Positions 49,596-61,321 of a stretch of 64,000 nucleotides of DNA are shown here, one piece after another; position 1 is the first letter of the stretch, and the number at the start of each line of letters is the position of its first letter. The notes below the pieces were generated by a model. That model was not told the DNA's origin, searched no databases, and saw only the letters and a list, made by a program, of their open reading frames with translations. A program made the translations under genes and the position numbers. The DNA is from Vezdaea acicularis (Eukaryota). The DNA lies in contig JAPEUI010000067.1 in the NCBI GenBank assembly GCA_026025075.1, positions 1 through 64,000 on the forward strand. Reading direction: 5' to 3'.

Positions 49596-49636
49596 TGCTC
49601 GTCACTTTGTTCGTCACTCTGCTCGTCACTCTGCTC
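49596..49636. repeat. 12-bp tandem repeat (TGCTCGTCACTC) x3.4
   Basis: tgctcgtcactt tgttcgtcactc tgctcgtcactc tgctc. Confidence 0.85.
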
Positions 49637-50677
49637 TCGTCCTGCTCCTCGTCCGGCTGACTGTACGCGGTGGCCTCTCACCTTCTCTCGCGCGCTCCTT
49701 CGCTCGATCGATGTTGTGAAATGCTTCACTCCTGACTCTCGCACTCGTCCGATGCCGTCGCCCTCCCGCGATGGACCGTCTTTCACACGTCAGACTCCTT
49801 CGTCACGGTCGTCGCTCGCATGCAGCGTCCCTACAGATGGAGAAGGGGATGGAGAAGGCTGATGCAATCATCGCAGCATCACCCCGACGGACGGCGTCAC
49901 TTGAGTAGCGTGAGGGCGAGTTGGGAAATAAAGAGGCTCGACGACGCTACGGGGGGCGCCTGCGCTCCCATGGGGCTGGCTGGAGGGGGTTATTTCGCCG
50001 TTCATCGTGGGCCAAAGGCTGCTTGCTGTTGGGGAGGCTTTTTGCGTCGCCCACATCGTCTGCATCGGCCGCATCTCGTGGCGGCGTGACGCTGGGCGTG
50101 CAGGCGTCGCTGCTTTTGCCGGGCACGGGCGGTGGGAGGGGCGGCCCCTGGAAAAAGCGGAGCTGCAACGCCCTGAACCCATGATCGGGGGCTGCTGCGT
50201 TTTGCCGAAGCGGATCTCCATCCGGGAGACAGACGCCGCTGAGAAGGGGAGGCCATCATCTGCTGCTCCCATAACATAAAAGCTTGCGGTTCCCCTCCCA
50301 TGTGTGCAGCTCGAGCAAGAAAGAAGAAATAAAAAAGAAACTGGACCCGCGCTATTACGTTTGGTGGAACGCCCTGCCCACCGCTTTCGCCCGTTACCCG
50401 CCCTGCCCAGCTTTTCGATCTTGATCTACCCGGAGACCGCTGTTCTTTCTCGCCGCCGATATTTAAAGAGCCGGCCCTCTCACTCGCTCCGCTTGCCGCA
50501 GCAGCAGCAGCAGCTGCACGCCCGCCCTACCCCGCCAAAAACTAAACGAAAAGAAAAAAAAGAAGGGAAGGCCGAGGGAACCCCGCGTCACCTTGACCGC
50601 ACACACCCCAGCGCCGCCGCCGCCGCCGTCGCACGCCGTTTTCTTCCCACGCGCGCAGCTGATCGGCCCCAACTCCA

Positions 50678-52213
50678 ATGCCGGCGGTCGAGCAAGCGCA
50701 TGGGTCGAGCGCGCCTCGCCTCGAACATTTCCTCACCAACGTCATGCCCGGCCGCAACCTCTTCACCCGCACCTCTCCGTCCGCCTCCTCCTCCTCGCTC
50801 CTCCCCACTGCTACTTCAACCCTCGACCCCCCTCCACCCGCCCTCGTCGTCAACAGCTCCAACTCGAACAGCATCCGGCGGCCTTCCTTTACCTTCCACC
50901 ACCACAATCACCATTTACACCTCCTCGACGAGAAGCGCGGCATGACGCACTCGAAGAACAGCCTCGCAAAGGCCATCATCGCGCGGCCGAACGGCGCCGC
51001 AGCGGGACAACACCACAAAGATAAACACCACCACCACTCCCCCGCCGCTCCGCCCGCCCCTGCCTCCCTCGCCGTCCTGATCGAATCCCCCCCCTTAATC
51101 CTGCACGGCACGCCCACCTCCTCCACCGGCGCCCTGCTCTCCGGCCAACTCCAGATCTCCGTCTCCGCGCCCACACTACACATCACCAGTCTACACACCT
51201 CTCTACAAGCCATAACCACCACCAAGAAGCCCGTCGAGAAGTCCTGCGCGGACTGCGCTACCCGCACAAATACGTTGCACGAATGGCATTTCCTCGCCGA
51301 ACCGCACACGCTGCACAGGGGAACCCACACTTTCCCCTTCTCCTTCCTGCTGCCGGGCCACCTCCCCGCAACGACCACCACCCCCCTCGGATCCATCGCC
51401 TACGCCCTCGCAACAACCACCACACTCTCCCCCTCCGAACTCATCCCCGTCCTGCAACACACCACGCCCCTCACCCTCTCCCGCGCCATCCCCCCCGGCC
51501 CGGATAAGACCTCCATCCGCATCTTCCCCCCCACGGCCCTAACCGCGCACTTAACCCTCCCCTCACACCTGCACCCCACGGGCCCAGCCCCAGACCTAAC
51601 CCTCCGCCTCTCCGGCATCGTCAGCCTAGAACCCACCCTCCGCAAAACATGGCGTCTCCGCAAACTCTCCTGGCGGCTAGAAGAAACCCACAAGTTCCTC
51701 TCCCCGGCTTGCGCCGCACACTCACCCAAACTAGGCGGCGCTGGAAAAGGCATTTTACACACCGAAACACACACCCTCGCTTCCGGCGAGGTACGCAGTG
51801 GCTGGAAAACAGACCTAGACACCCCCCCCCACACCTCCCCCTCTTCCGCCCAGACCCTCGCGGGCCAAGGAACAACCGAGTTAACCTTCCCCTTCCCCCT
51901 TCCCCCCCTCACCTCCCGCTCGACCCGCCACCAACCCCTCTGCTCAGTCGACGCCCCCCCCTCGCTCACCATAACGCACTCCCTCCACCTCGAACTCGTC
52001 GTCGCAGAAGAATACAATTACCACCGCACGCCCTCATCCGTCACACCAACCGGTGCCGCGCGTGTGCTGCGCATGCAGTTCGGCGCTGTGCTCACGGAAC
52101 GCGATGGAGGCGGGGTTAGTTGGGATGAGGAGATGCCCCCGGTGTATGGGGATGTGCCCGCGAGTCCGCCCGGGTATGGGAGTTTTGATGAGGGGGAAGT
52201 GGGGGAGGTGTAA
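50678..52213 (+). CDS. LDB19: Arrestin-related trafficking adaptor (Ldb19/Art1 family)
   Basis: IESPPLILHGTPTSSTGALLSGQL, HTFPFSFLLPGHLPAT, RIFPPT, WRLRKLSWRLEE, GAARVLRMQF..TERDGGGVSWDEEMPPVY..SPPGY (PY motifs); start could be downstream (50942). Confidence 0.9.
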   Translation: MPAVEQAHGSSAPRLEHFLTNVMPGRNLFTRTSPSASSSSLLPTATSTLDPPPPALVVNSSNSNSIRRPSFTFHHHNHHLHLLDEKRGMTHSKNSLAKAIIARPNGAAAGQHHKDKHHHHSPAAPPAPASLAVLIESPPLILHGTPTSSTGALLSGQLQISVSAPTLHITSLHTSLQAITTTKKPVEKSCADCATRTNTLHEWHFLAEPHTLHRGTHTFPFSFLLPGHLPATTTTPLGSIAYALATTTTLSPSELIPVLQHTTPLTLSRAIPPGPDKTSIRIFPPTALTAHLTLPSHLHPTGPAPDLTLRLSGIVSLEPTLRKTWRLRKLSWRLEETHKFLSPACAAHSPKLGGAGKGILHTETHTLASGEVRSGWKTDLDTPPHTSPSSAQTLAGQGTTELTFPFPLPPLTSRSTRHQPLCSVDAPPSLTITHSLHLELVVAEEYNYHRTPSSVTPTGAARVLRMQFGAVLTERDGGGVSWDEEMPPVYGDVPASPPGYGSFDEGEVGEV

Positions 52214-53307
52214 GTGTGGATATTGGGGACGGGGAAAAGTTTCTTTTGGATTGGTTTGGCGTTTGTATGGGAAGGGGGGGTTGTTTGCACGGTTACAGCG
52301 ACTCGGGAAAAATTCTTTTGGGACTGGTTTTCTTGCATCTAGTCCCCCCCCCGCTTCTGGAAGGGGGGGCCTTAAATGGTGTTTTTCGGTTGTTGGGTCT
52401 TGGCGCTTTGTGTTTTGTATTCGGGTCTGGGACATCATGGGGCGGAAGGAAGTTTTGTAAGAGCTGAGCTCTAGCTGTCGGATCTGAGATCTAAGAATCG
52501 AGAATTCGAGCAATTCAAAAGCAAGTTCAAGCATTCAAGCAATCCAAGCATCAAAAACATGCCGAACAAAAGCCCAACCCACCACGCTCCCCACCCAATT
52601 CCCCACTCACACCCAACACGGCAGAAAAAAGGGTGCAGGGAAGTGTAGAAACCCGGGATATACCCCCCTCCCCCACCCACCCATCTCCGCACAAACCGTG
52701 TAACCCGATAAACAGGACGACATGCGAGAAAAAGGGGGGCTAGGAGCGGGGGTTTGTGGATGAGGGCAGGTTTGGATGGAAGATGGGATGGTGGAGGAGA
52801 TATGGGGTGTATGTGCATGGCATGTAGATTCCGAGAGGTGAGGAGTAGAGTAGATAAAGGGGGTGAGAGGTGTGTGATGAAGAAAGGGGAACAAGCGGGT
52901 GCGCGGGAGGAGGGATAGATGAACCTAAGCACTCGAGCGTAAAGCTGGATGGAATGGAGGGGACGAGGTGGGCAGAAGGTGGTGGTGGTGGTGGTTCACG
53001 AGAAAAGACGGGTGGTGCATGGCACGTAGATTGCGAGAGGCGAGGAGCATATCGTTATAGTTTTCGTTAATGACAGGTTAGATGGTAAGGAAAGGAATAT
53101 GAAAGTTGTGCGTGAGATCGTTGATCCTTTTTTTTGGGCTTTTTTTTCCTTTTCTTGTTTTTTTTGAGGGGGTTGTGTCTTTCAGGGTTGACTTTTTCGT
53201 AATGTGAAAGATGAAGGAAATGGAAAAGGAGTCACATCATCGATCAAGTCTTTCCTCTGTCCACCTTGCCGTGCACGCTGCCTTTGCGTTGAAGGACTCG
53301 CCCCAAT

Positions 53308-54699
53308 TTATTCAAGGAGAAACTCCTGAAAGCTGGTGAAGAACGCAGCTTCGAGCTCGTCACGGAAGTCCTGGTTCCACACATGACCCAGAATCTCTTC
53401 CTTGAACAACTGAAGCTCCTGGGAACTATGGGAATTCTGGAGATGAGCCCCGAGACAGTTCTCATCCCAGCCCTTGAAATTCTTTCCGCAGATGGGGCAA
53501 TATCCGTATTCGGGCCCTTCCTCGACTTCGTATTGCCCGTCAGGGGCATAAAAGTCCTCTTCAAGGAAGTCGGCGAAGCTGAGAGGAAGTTCTCCCGTAT
53601 CGCTGCTCGGGAGATGGTTCACATCGGGCATGTCATTCACGTAGGGTAGATATATGCCATATCCAGGGGTAGGCACAGCTGCAACAGCACTGCTACTGCC
53701 GAAATTCAAGCTAACGAGTCAGCAAATATACTTAGTCAAAGTATTAGAGCTTTGCTTACTCGACTAGCTCCACAAGGTTAGGAAACCTGGAGCCGCTTGG
53801 GCTATCGGCTACACCCGGAAAAGTAGGATCTCCATTGGCCTTGAGGGCTTTTGAACTATCCGCTAAACCGGGAACAGTAGGAGCCCCATTAGCCCCAGGA
53901 GCTTCCGAGCTCTCAACAGCCTCCGCAGTCTTACGATGAATATAATTTAGCAACTCATCTTTCACATACTTGTTTTTCTTGCTTTTTATCAAGTTGTTCC
54001 TATCTCTGAGGACTTCCGAGAGTTTGTGGGCGTCCAAATGTTCGAATAGGCTGGACTCCTTCCACTTCCTCGGCTTTGTGTGGCATATAGTGCAAAATCC
54101 ATGTAAAGGAGCTCGTTTTTCAGTAACGCCCCCCATGAACGCTTCGAACTTGATACCTTCGCGATCATTATTGGAACGTCGATAGTGTGCAGACCCTGTA
54201 TGAGATTTTAAAGCCTCGATGGATACTGCTTCATGCGAACAGCACAAAAACAAGCAGGGCACAGTGCTTAACTGGCCAAGGGGGAGACATGCTGCATAGA
54301 CTAGGCTCTCAGAGTAAAACCAAGTTGGGGACGCATAACTGTAGTGTTTGTTTAGGAGGTGACAGAACATGTCCCAGATCGACTGAGACCCCTGAGTGCA
54401 TTGTCCCAGCCGACATACCCAATTAGTCTCATTTCGATGGATAGTCCAGCAATGGCCATGAAGGTTCTCCAGCCGAGTCGTAAGGGTGCATCCTTGGGCG
54501 AGACAGCGACGCTTGGCTAAACCTTCGTGGACCTCCTGTAGATGTCGTTTGAGCTTATATTTATTGGAGAATGACTTGCCTAGGACAAATTAGATTCTGA
54601 GTTCAAGTAGTGTGGGCCCCATTCGCGCCATTTACCAAGGCAAGTGTGACGCGGGCAGACAACAAGGTGCGGCTCAGCAGCTTCATGGATTGGATGCAT
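53308..54699 (-). CDS. Multi-zinc-finger protein (paralog B)
   Basis: VVCPRHTCLG|KSFSNKYKLKRHLQEVH, CLAQGC..HCWTIH, CRLGQC..HLLNKH, two G[FY]CxIC..W..HL..H units; intron ~53759-53711 joins ORFs 53756-54370 and 53308-53709; may extend further 5'. Confidence 0.65.
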
Positions 54700-55477
54700 T
54701 CTGAGGCACTCTTCCCTAACCTTCCCGTCAGTCTAAAAAAAAAACCGCCGCTCACCCTCCATCACTCTGGCCAATGGGCCGAGCGAGGAGCTGCAGCTCA
54801 TGAGGGTTGACGGTGTTCTCCATTGGCGAGATATGGAGCCGATATGCGAGGCTGGGAGCTATCGAAAAGTGAGGCGGACGAATTGCGGCAAGCGGTACCG
54901 AGGAAGTTAGGGAAATGACAAGGCTGTTGGGAGCGAGACAGCGGAATCAAGTGCCAACAAGTGTAGAAAAGGGTGGTGGGAAGTGAGGTGTACTTATGTT
55001 CTCAGTGCGGGACAGCTGATGGGGGCTCGTGCTTACCCTAACTCGCGAGGCTTGAGCACGGCTCCGCTTGCTTCGTCAAGGGGTACCGCGTTGACATCGG
55101 CTTTTCTTAGATCCGACCCTAGTGAAAGCAAAGGTGTGCCCACGTCCATCGGCAGAGCTTTTGGTCCTCATTAGGATGAGCATTCTGCGGTAGGCTTGCT
55201 GGTGATTGTGGCAGAAGGCAGGATGGGGCGACAGAGTGCAAGAGTGACGACCACAAAGAAGTAGCAGAATTAGGACCAAGATATGCGAGGGCAATGTGGC
55301 TCCCCTCACAGAGAGCTACCTAAACACTACCGAGTCTATCAAGCCACAAGGCTGGCTTGCACATGCCGTAGCCTTGTTTCATGAGGCCTGACCATAGTCA
55401 GGAGGAAACATGGAAGCACTCAGGTCGCGAGAAATTTGGGATTAACAAATCCTAGGGACTGACAGAATACAGTTCTC

Positions 55478-58400
55478 CTAGCCATCATCTGCCATAGATT
55501 TGGCGTTGCGAACAAACTCCGCCGCCCTCGCCTTGACATTCTCAATGCTCTTCGCGTTTCCATGTTGCTCTTCCCAGTCCAGCCATCGTTTGAAAAACCA
55601 CTTCGCCTTCTTCGGCTTCATCCCTTTCGCCTCTGTCACCCTACCAAAGATTCGTCTTATTTGCTCTTCATCCCCAAGCCGAATTTCCATATCGAGAAGA
55701 ATATTCCATACATCCCAGCGCTTCGGCCATTGGGCTAAGAGTCCTTCGAAGATGGTCCGTCCACGCTCTGGATCACCCGGGGACGATTTAAACTCGAGCT
55801 GAGCAAACTTGGTGGTCAAGGAAATATGCGTATGGGACGGCAGTGCCTGCAAAGCTCGAGCGAGAAGAGCACGGCCGCGATCAGGCAGAGGAGGAGACGC
55901 CGAGTTGAAGAAGAAGTGAGCATAGTTGATCCAGACCTTCGGGTTCTGAGAGAACTTCTTCGTCATCACCTGATACAGCGCATCTGCTTTCTAAACCATG
56001 TTAGCTAGGCTCCCTACAAGTCCTCAAAGGGACAATAAACATACTTGAGGCTTTCCGGATTGGATATAAATGCTGACAAGGCTTTCGTGGATCTTCTCAG
56101 CATCGCAATATTGACAAGCCTTCTTGAAAACCTCCTCAATAGTCTCATCGCTGCCATATGTGTTCTCCAAATTGAGTGAAGCTATCCAGACGTTGAGCTT
56201 CTCGGCGTCTTCTCGGATACTAATGGTTCGCAGAGCTCTTTCTGCAACCCCTCTAGCCTCGTCGACCTCGCTCAGCTGAAGCTGAAAAGCCATGTAGCTA
56301 ACCCACAAGTAGGATGAATTAGGCTGGCCTAACAGCAAACGCTCAAAATCGGCAGTCGACTGTGGGCCATGAGCATCGAGATCGCCCGTGCGGTCTACAA
56401 GGATTTGAGGCTTTCTACGCTTCTTCCGCGTCCGCTTCTCGTTCTCTTCAATATCGTCAGAGTCAGACGCAGACCGCTTCAAGTCTGAGTCGAGTGTACT
56501 AGCGGTCCAGTCAAAGCCTCCGGTCCTGAGCCCCATCATACTATTCTCAACCGCCCTCTCCATGGGTTTATCGTCCGTTGTAGAAGCTCCGTCGGCACCG
56601 CCTTCATCTTCAACACCGCTCATCTGATCGGAATTGTCTGTTGCATCCTTAACTGCGCGGTCGTTTGAACCATTTAGGATAGATACTCCGCCTTCTTCAC
56701 CATCCTCTTCCCTGCTCCCAATCGCCTCTTGCATGTTGACTTCATCTTCAGTGAATAGCGACGGCTTCAGTCCAAAGTTCACGCGTCTCCTCGTTAGATC
56801 CAATTTTAGAACTTTAGCCTTGACGAGGTCGCCTTCTTCATATAAGCTTTTAACATCATCAAATGGATGATCTGCCATCTCGCTTCGATGACATAAGCCA
56901 CTGACATTCGAGGAGTTGTCGACAACAATAAAGACCCCAAAATCTTCGACCTTCCGGACTTTTCCAGTAACTATCTGGCCGAGCTGGAGATCACTGAACA
57001 CAATCGGAGCCTTATAGTTTTTGTCTATCACAGATCTCTTAAGGCTCATCTGGACATGGTTGGCGGCCGTGTCGAGCCCAACCACCTTCCCCTTTACGAG
57101 TTGATCGACATGTAATATGGATTTCCAGTCCTTTACAAACGAGTCAGATATGTCGGCGACACGTACGAAAGCTGTCACGTCAGCTCCAATGGTTATAAAG
57201 ACGCCATGGTCCGCCACATTCTTCACGAAACCTCGTACTACGTCGTTAACCTTAAGGGCCGCCAAAGTGTTTATTTCAGGATCCTCAACAGGTGATGCGG
57301 AACTCAAGACTCTAGATGGCCTTGTCGACAGCGTCAACCTCTTATTTGACGCATCTAAGCCGATAACGCAGACTCGGACGATAGCATTCTTTCTGAACTT
57401 AATCGGACTTGCTTGAGAATAATCGTCTGCGATGTCTGTCAATCCAACGGAACCAAAGACCTGCTCGTTCAATTGTACTATGACTTGTTGTTCCCCTATA
57501 CGAGTTATTCTTCCGGGGAGTACCATGCCCTTGGCGAGAGAATCAAAAGTCAAGGACCCGATTGAGTCCTCAGAGCGAACCGACAGATCGAGACGGTTGT
57601 TAGCAGCGTCGACTGCAGTCACACGCGCTTTGACTGCACAGCCCACTGGAAAACTTTTCCGAACGTTTCCTAATGCCGACATATCTTCTGATAGATCCAA
57701 AATCTTGATCCGACCACGGACATTCGGCGATATCGTCACCCACGCGCAATCCTCAGTGATGTTGTTGATGAATCCAACCCTGGTTGAGCCCAACTTGATA
57801 TTCTCAAGCGGAGGAATCTCTAATTCTGGGGCTTCAAAAACACCACGCTTTGCACTCAGTTCAAAAACCGGAACATGGCTGCTTCGATGCGATATTGGAA
57901 GAAAGCGATGGTTTCGAGCATCATGAATCCCCATAACACGAACCTCCAAGATTTGATTTTTTTTGAATGGTTTCAGAGGTGCTTTCTTATCTTTAATATC
58001 GTCCCAAGAATCAAAGACCTCTGAGATGCTTATCCGACCTTGAACGCCGTCAGCGAGGCGCATATTGATCTGTGTCTCTTTAACGGAGGAAATTTGGGCC
58101 TTGGTTCGCAGCCCATATGTGAAGTAGTCCAGCGAAGTTGCCGCACTGTCAACAGGATTTGATAGGCCGACTTGGCTAATCGTGGCCACTGGCTCGTCTT
58201 TCTCTGAAGATTTCTGGTCATTCTGTTCTCCAGCTAGGGATAGTACAAACTTTGATTCCTGATAGTTAACCGAATCAACTCGAGAAGTTATAGACTGGTG
58301 AAGAGTCATGCCAAATTCATGCAGATCCCTTTTGTCTGATGGTAAGTTACGCTTCGGGAGTAGCCCCGTCAACCCCCCAGCAAACTCGACGAAAACGCCA

Positions 58401-60961
58401 CTTGCTGAAATGTTCTTAACTGAACCATGAGCGAGCCTCCCTTCCTTCACGTCATCAAAGGCTTTTATTAAAGACCCATCTTTTGATGCCTTGAGCAGAG
58501 ACGGTTTGCTAGTCAGTATGACCAATCTTCGAGCTTCATTTTTGTTCCAAACCATGGACTTAATTCTTTGTCCTACTTTTGCTTTTCTCAGAGCGGAGGA
58601 ATTTTTTGCTTCAGAGCCATCGGTGAGGTGACCCTGCGGTAAGATTGCCTTCAAACCAATATTGTCCAACTCAACTACGATATCCTTACTGGAGTTCTCA
58701 ATAATAGTGCCATCGATGAGGCTACCAACGTCAAGTTCTGTCAAGGCACGTTGCTGGTCGGGGCCGAAGGATGAAGGGTCTTTACAAGATACCAAAAGTT
58801 TGCTGTTTTCTGGGTCGACCGTCAGAACGTACACGCTGAGAACTTGGCCCATCTTGAAGTGCTGTCTCGGGTCCTTGATGAATGATTCACTCATCTCGGA
58901 AACCGGCAAAAAGGCTCGTACTGTACCATAAAACTGCACGACGCCGCCGTTCGGGAGGAGACTGACAATCGTCCCTAAGTATGCTTTTCCGATCTCCGCG
59001 TCGTCATAAGATTTGAGAATCGGCGAATCTGAATTTATGAGCGTCTTCTTCAAAGTAAGCCTCAGTTGTCGTTTTTCGGGGTTGGTGGAAAGCACTCGCG
59101 CCGTCACTTGCATACCCTCCTTGAACTTTCTTTCGGGATGCTGCAGTTTCACATCTGCCAGATGCATCTCTGGGGCGAGACCAGTGATATGCTCTGCAAG
59201 GTTGACTAGGAGCCCCCCCACTCCATTCTCATTAACGACTATTTTCTCGATTCGACCCTTCACAAGCCCTCCTACTGGAACGTCTTCAATTCGTAAGAAA
59301 GGTTGATCGAGAATCTTTTGCTCCATAGACACAAGGTAAAGACCATCCATGGCGTTGTAGCCAACGATACGGGCAGGATGCAGAGAGCCAACTCTGTATG
59401 ATCCAGACAATTCGGAAAGATCGTCAACCTTTCCATCCTTTATCCTAGAGATATGGACATAACCACGAACCGATTTCTCTCCTAGATCAAGGAAGAGCCC
59501 TACACCCGGGGATACCTTGATCACTTTAGCTGCTTCGATCTTTGTAGATATTGGTATTCTATCGAGAGGAGATTGAGACCCAGAGGCCTTGAGCGAAGTG
59601 AAGGACGTAATGTGATCCAATAATGACACGCCTAGCTTGACAGGTTCTACAGTCGGAAACGTACAAATTATTCTACCTCTGATTTTGTCTCCAATCTTGT
59701 GTCTTTTCTCCAAACTAATGCCTTGCGCACTGCCGGATTGAAAAAGGTCGGCGGTCACGTCTACCATTCCCATGACCTTCCCAGCCATCCCGTTTATTTG
59801 GATATCCGAGATCAATATCTCAACCGCAGATCCAGGTAAGAAAGCGTCGACAGTAGGCGCCTCGGAAAGGAAGTGAGACTTTTTCAAATTGCCAGCCTTT
59901 TGATAATCGGCTGAAAGTTTAACAATACCCCCATTCGGGCTCAAGCCTATGACCATACATAGGAGAACAGTACCCTCCTGGATGGAAGTGTAGTCGATGG
60001 AATATCCAACTTCTTTGGAAGACATAAAACCCTTCAATCCCTCTTCTAATCCGAGATCCATCACAAGGCCATGGTCCTCAATACTGACAACAGAAGCTTG
60101 TACCATGCTATTCACGATGATGTCTGACTTTGAAAGACCTGAGTTTGCTAACTTTGGATTTATAGAGAGTTCGATTCGCTTCTTGCCTCTTGGAGTACCT
60201 GGGACCAAAGACTCTTCGCCTGTGGATGTCACACAGGCACGAAGATACTGACCGAGAGCAAAGAGTGATCTCAGCTCCACATCTTTTACATCTTGTTCCT
60301 CATCTTTGGAGTTCTCCTCCATCTCGCTACCCTCTTCGATAAGAGATTCGATTGCTTTTGTGAACTGGTCGGATATAGCAGTAATGGGGACATATCCAGT
60401 CAGATTATTTGGCAGCGCCAAAGCAACGTCATGCTGGTTGATTTGAGAAACGGTTCCGAGAACCATTGATCCGGGTACCAGACGTGAATAGCTTAACCCC
60501 TCGATTCTTAGACCAGGTTCAACGGCATCGCCATGACGCTTTTGGTTTTCATTTGCAACCTTTGGCCTCCTTTTTTTCTTCGATGAGGTAGGACCTCCAT
60601 TTTCGACCAGCAGATTCTCATCGTTCTGGTGCTTGCCTTTCTTGGCCGTATCTTGTTCAAATAGCACATCCCTAGTCGCCTCGATTTGGATCTGCTTGTG
60701 CTCTAGCGGCGTGAGGATACTCGCGCCACCGCGTGGAAATGCAGGCTCTTCTTCCCTCAGAGCTGAGCTATAGTGACTTGCACCCTCAGCTGTCTTGGAT
60801 GGGCCGCGCTCACGGTCTGATACCTTCTTCTTAGGCGGAAGCTCTGCGCCTGAGTTCCGGGGTCTTTTTCTCGGCCGGGTCTCCGCTGTCACTGTCTTGG
60901 TTTTCGCCGTTGCAACTGTTGGGCCATCGATCATAGCACTTTTACGCTTGACGGGAGCCAT
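55478..60961 (-). CDS. RRP5: rRNA biogenesis protein Rrp5 (S1 repeats + HAT/TPR)
   Basis: FPRGGASILTPLE, many S1 domains, DFERLLLGQPNSSYLWVSYMAF, EKLNVWIASLNLENTYG, ERGRTIFEGLL; one intron near 56044-55992. Confidence 0.97.
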
Positions 60962-61182
60962 TACATTCAGAGCTTGTAAACTGCTTTGCCCTGATATCCA
61001 GGGTTCACTAGCACATTTACCGCTGCAGAAAAGTTCGAGCACAAAATGGTAGTTTTGTGCCGCCAATATTTACCTTAGGCGAGCCGAGCCATCCCTAACC
61101 GCAGCACTTTACCAGGCTTGGTAAAGTTGCCTCGGCTAAGCCAGAGCAGCAATCGCGGGCGCGATTCTTCTGAACACGGCCC

Positions 61183-61188
61183 ACGCGT
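61183..61188. promoter_or_regulatory. MCB-like element (ACGCGT) upstream of CDT2
   Basis: Exact ACGCGT ~135 bp before the CDT2 ATG, with nearby CGCG cores at ~61154-61163. Confidence 0.4.
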
Positions 61189-61321
61189 TAAGCTCAGACG
61201 TGGGGCGTGTCTCCTCCTGGGTACCATCACCCAGGTCGTTCGCAAACCCAAGTACGGCCAAAAGTATCTGCGCTTCTTTGGCCCAGCTCTTGGAACTCCA
61301 ATGATTGTTGAAGAACTAGCA

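Noticed and set aside
48216..50300. Many overlapping ORFs of 100-260 aa on both strands
   Set aside because: Expected in high-GC DNA; low complexity, no recognisable domain
60962..61321. N-terminal extensions of the RRP5 and CDT2 ORFs in the ORF track
   Set aside because: Begin at non-ATG starts in the shared promoter; the downstream ATGs (60961; 61301/61322) are more plausible
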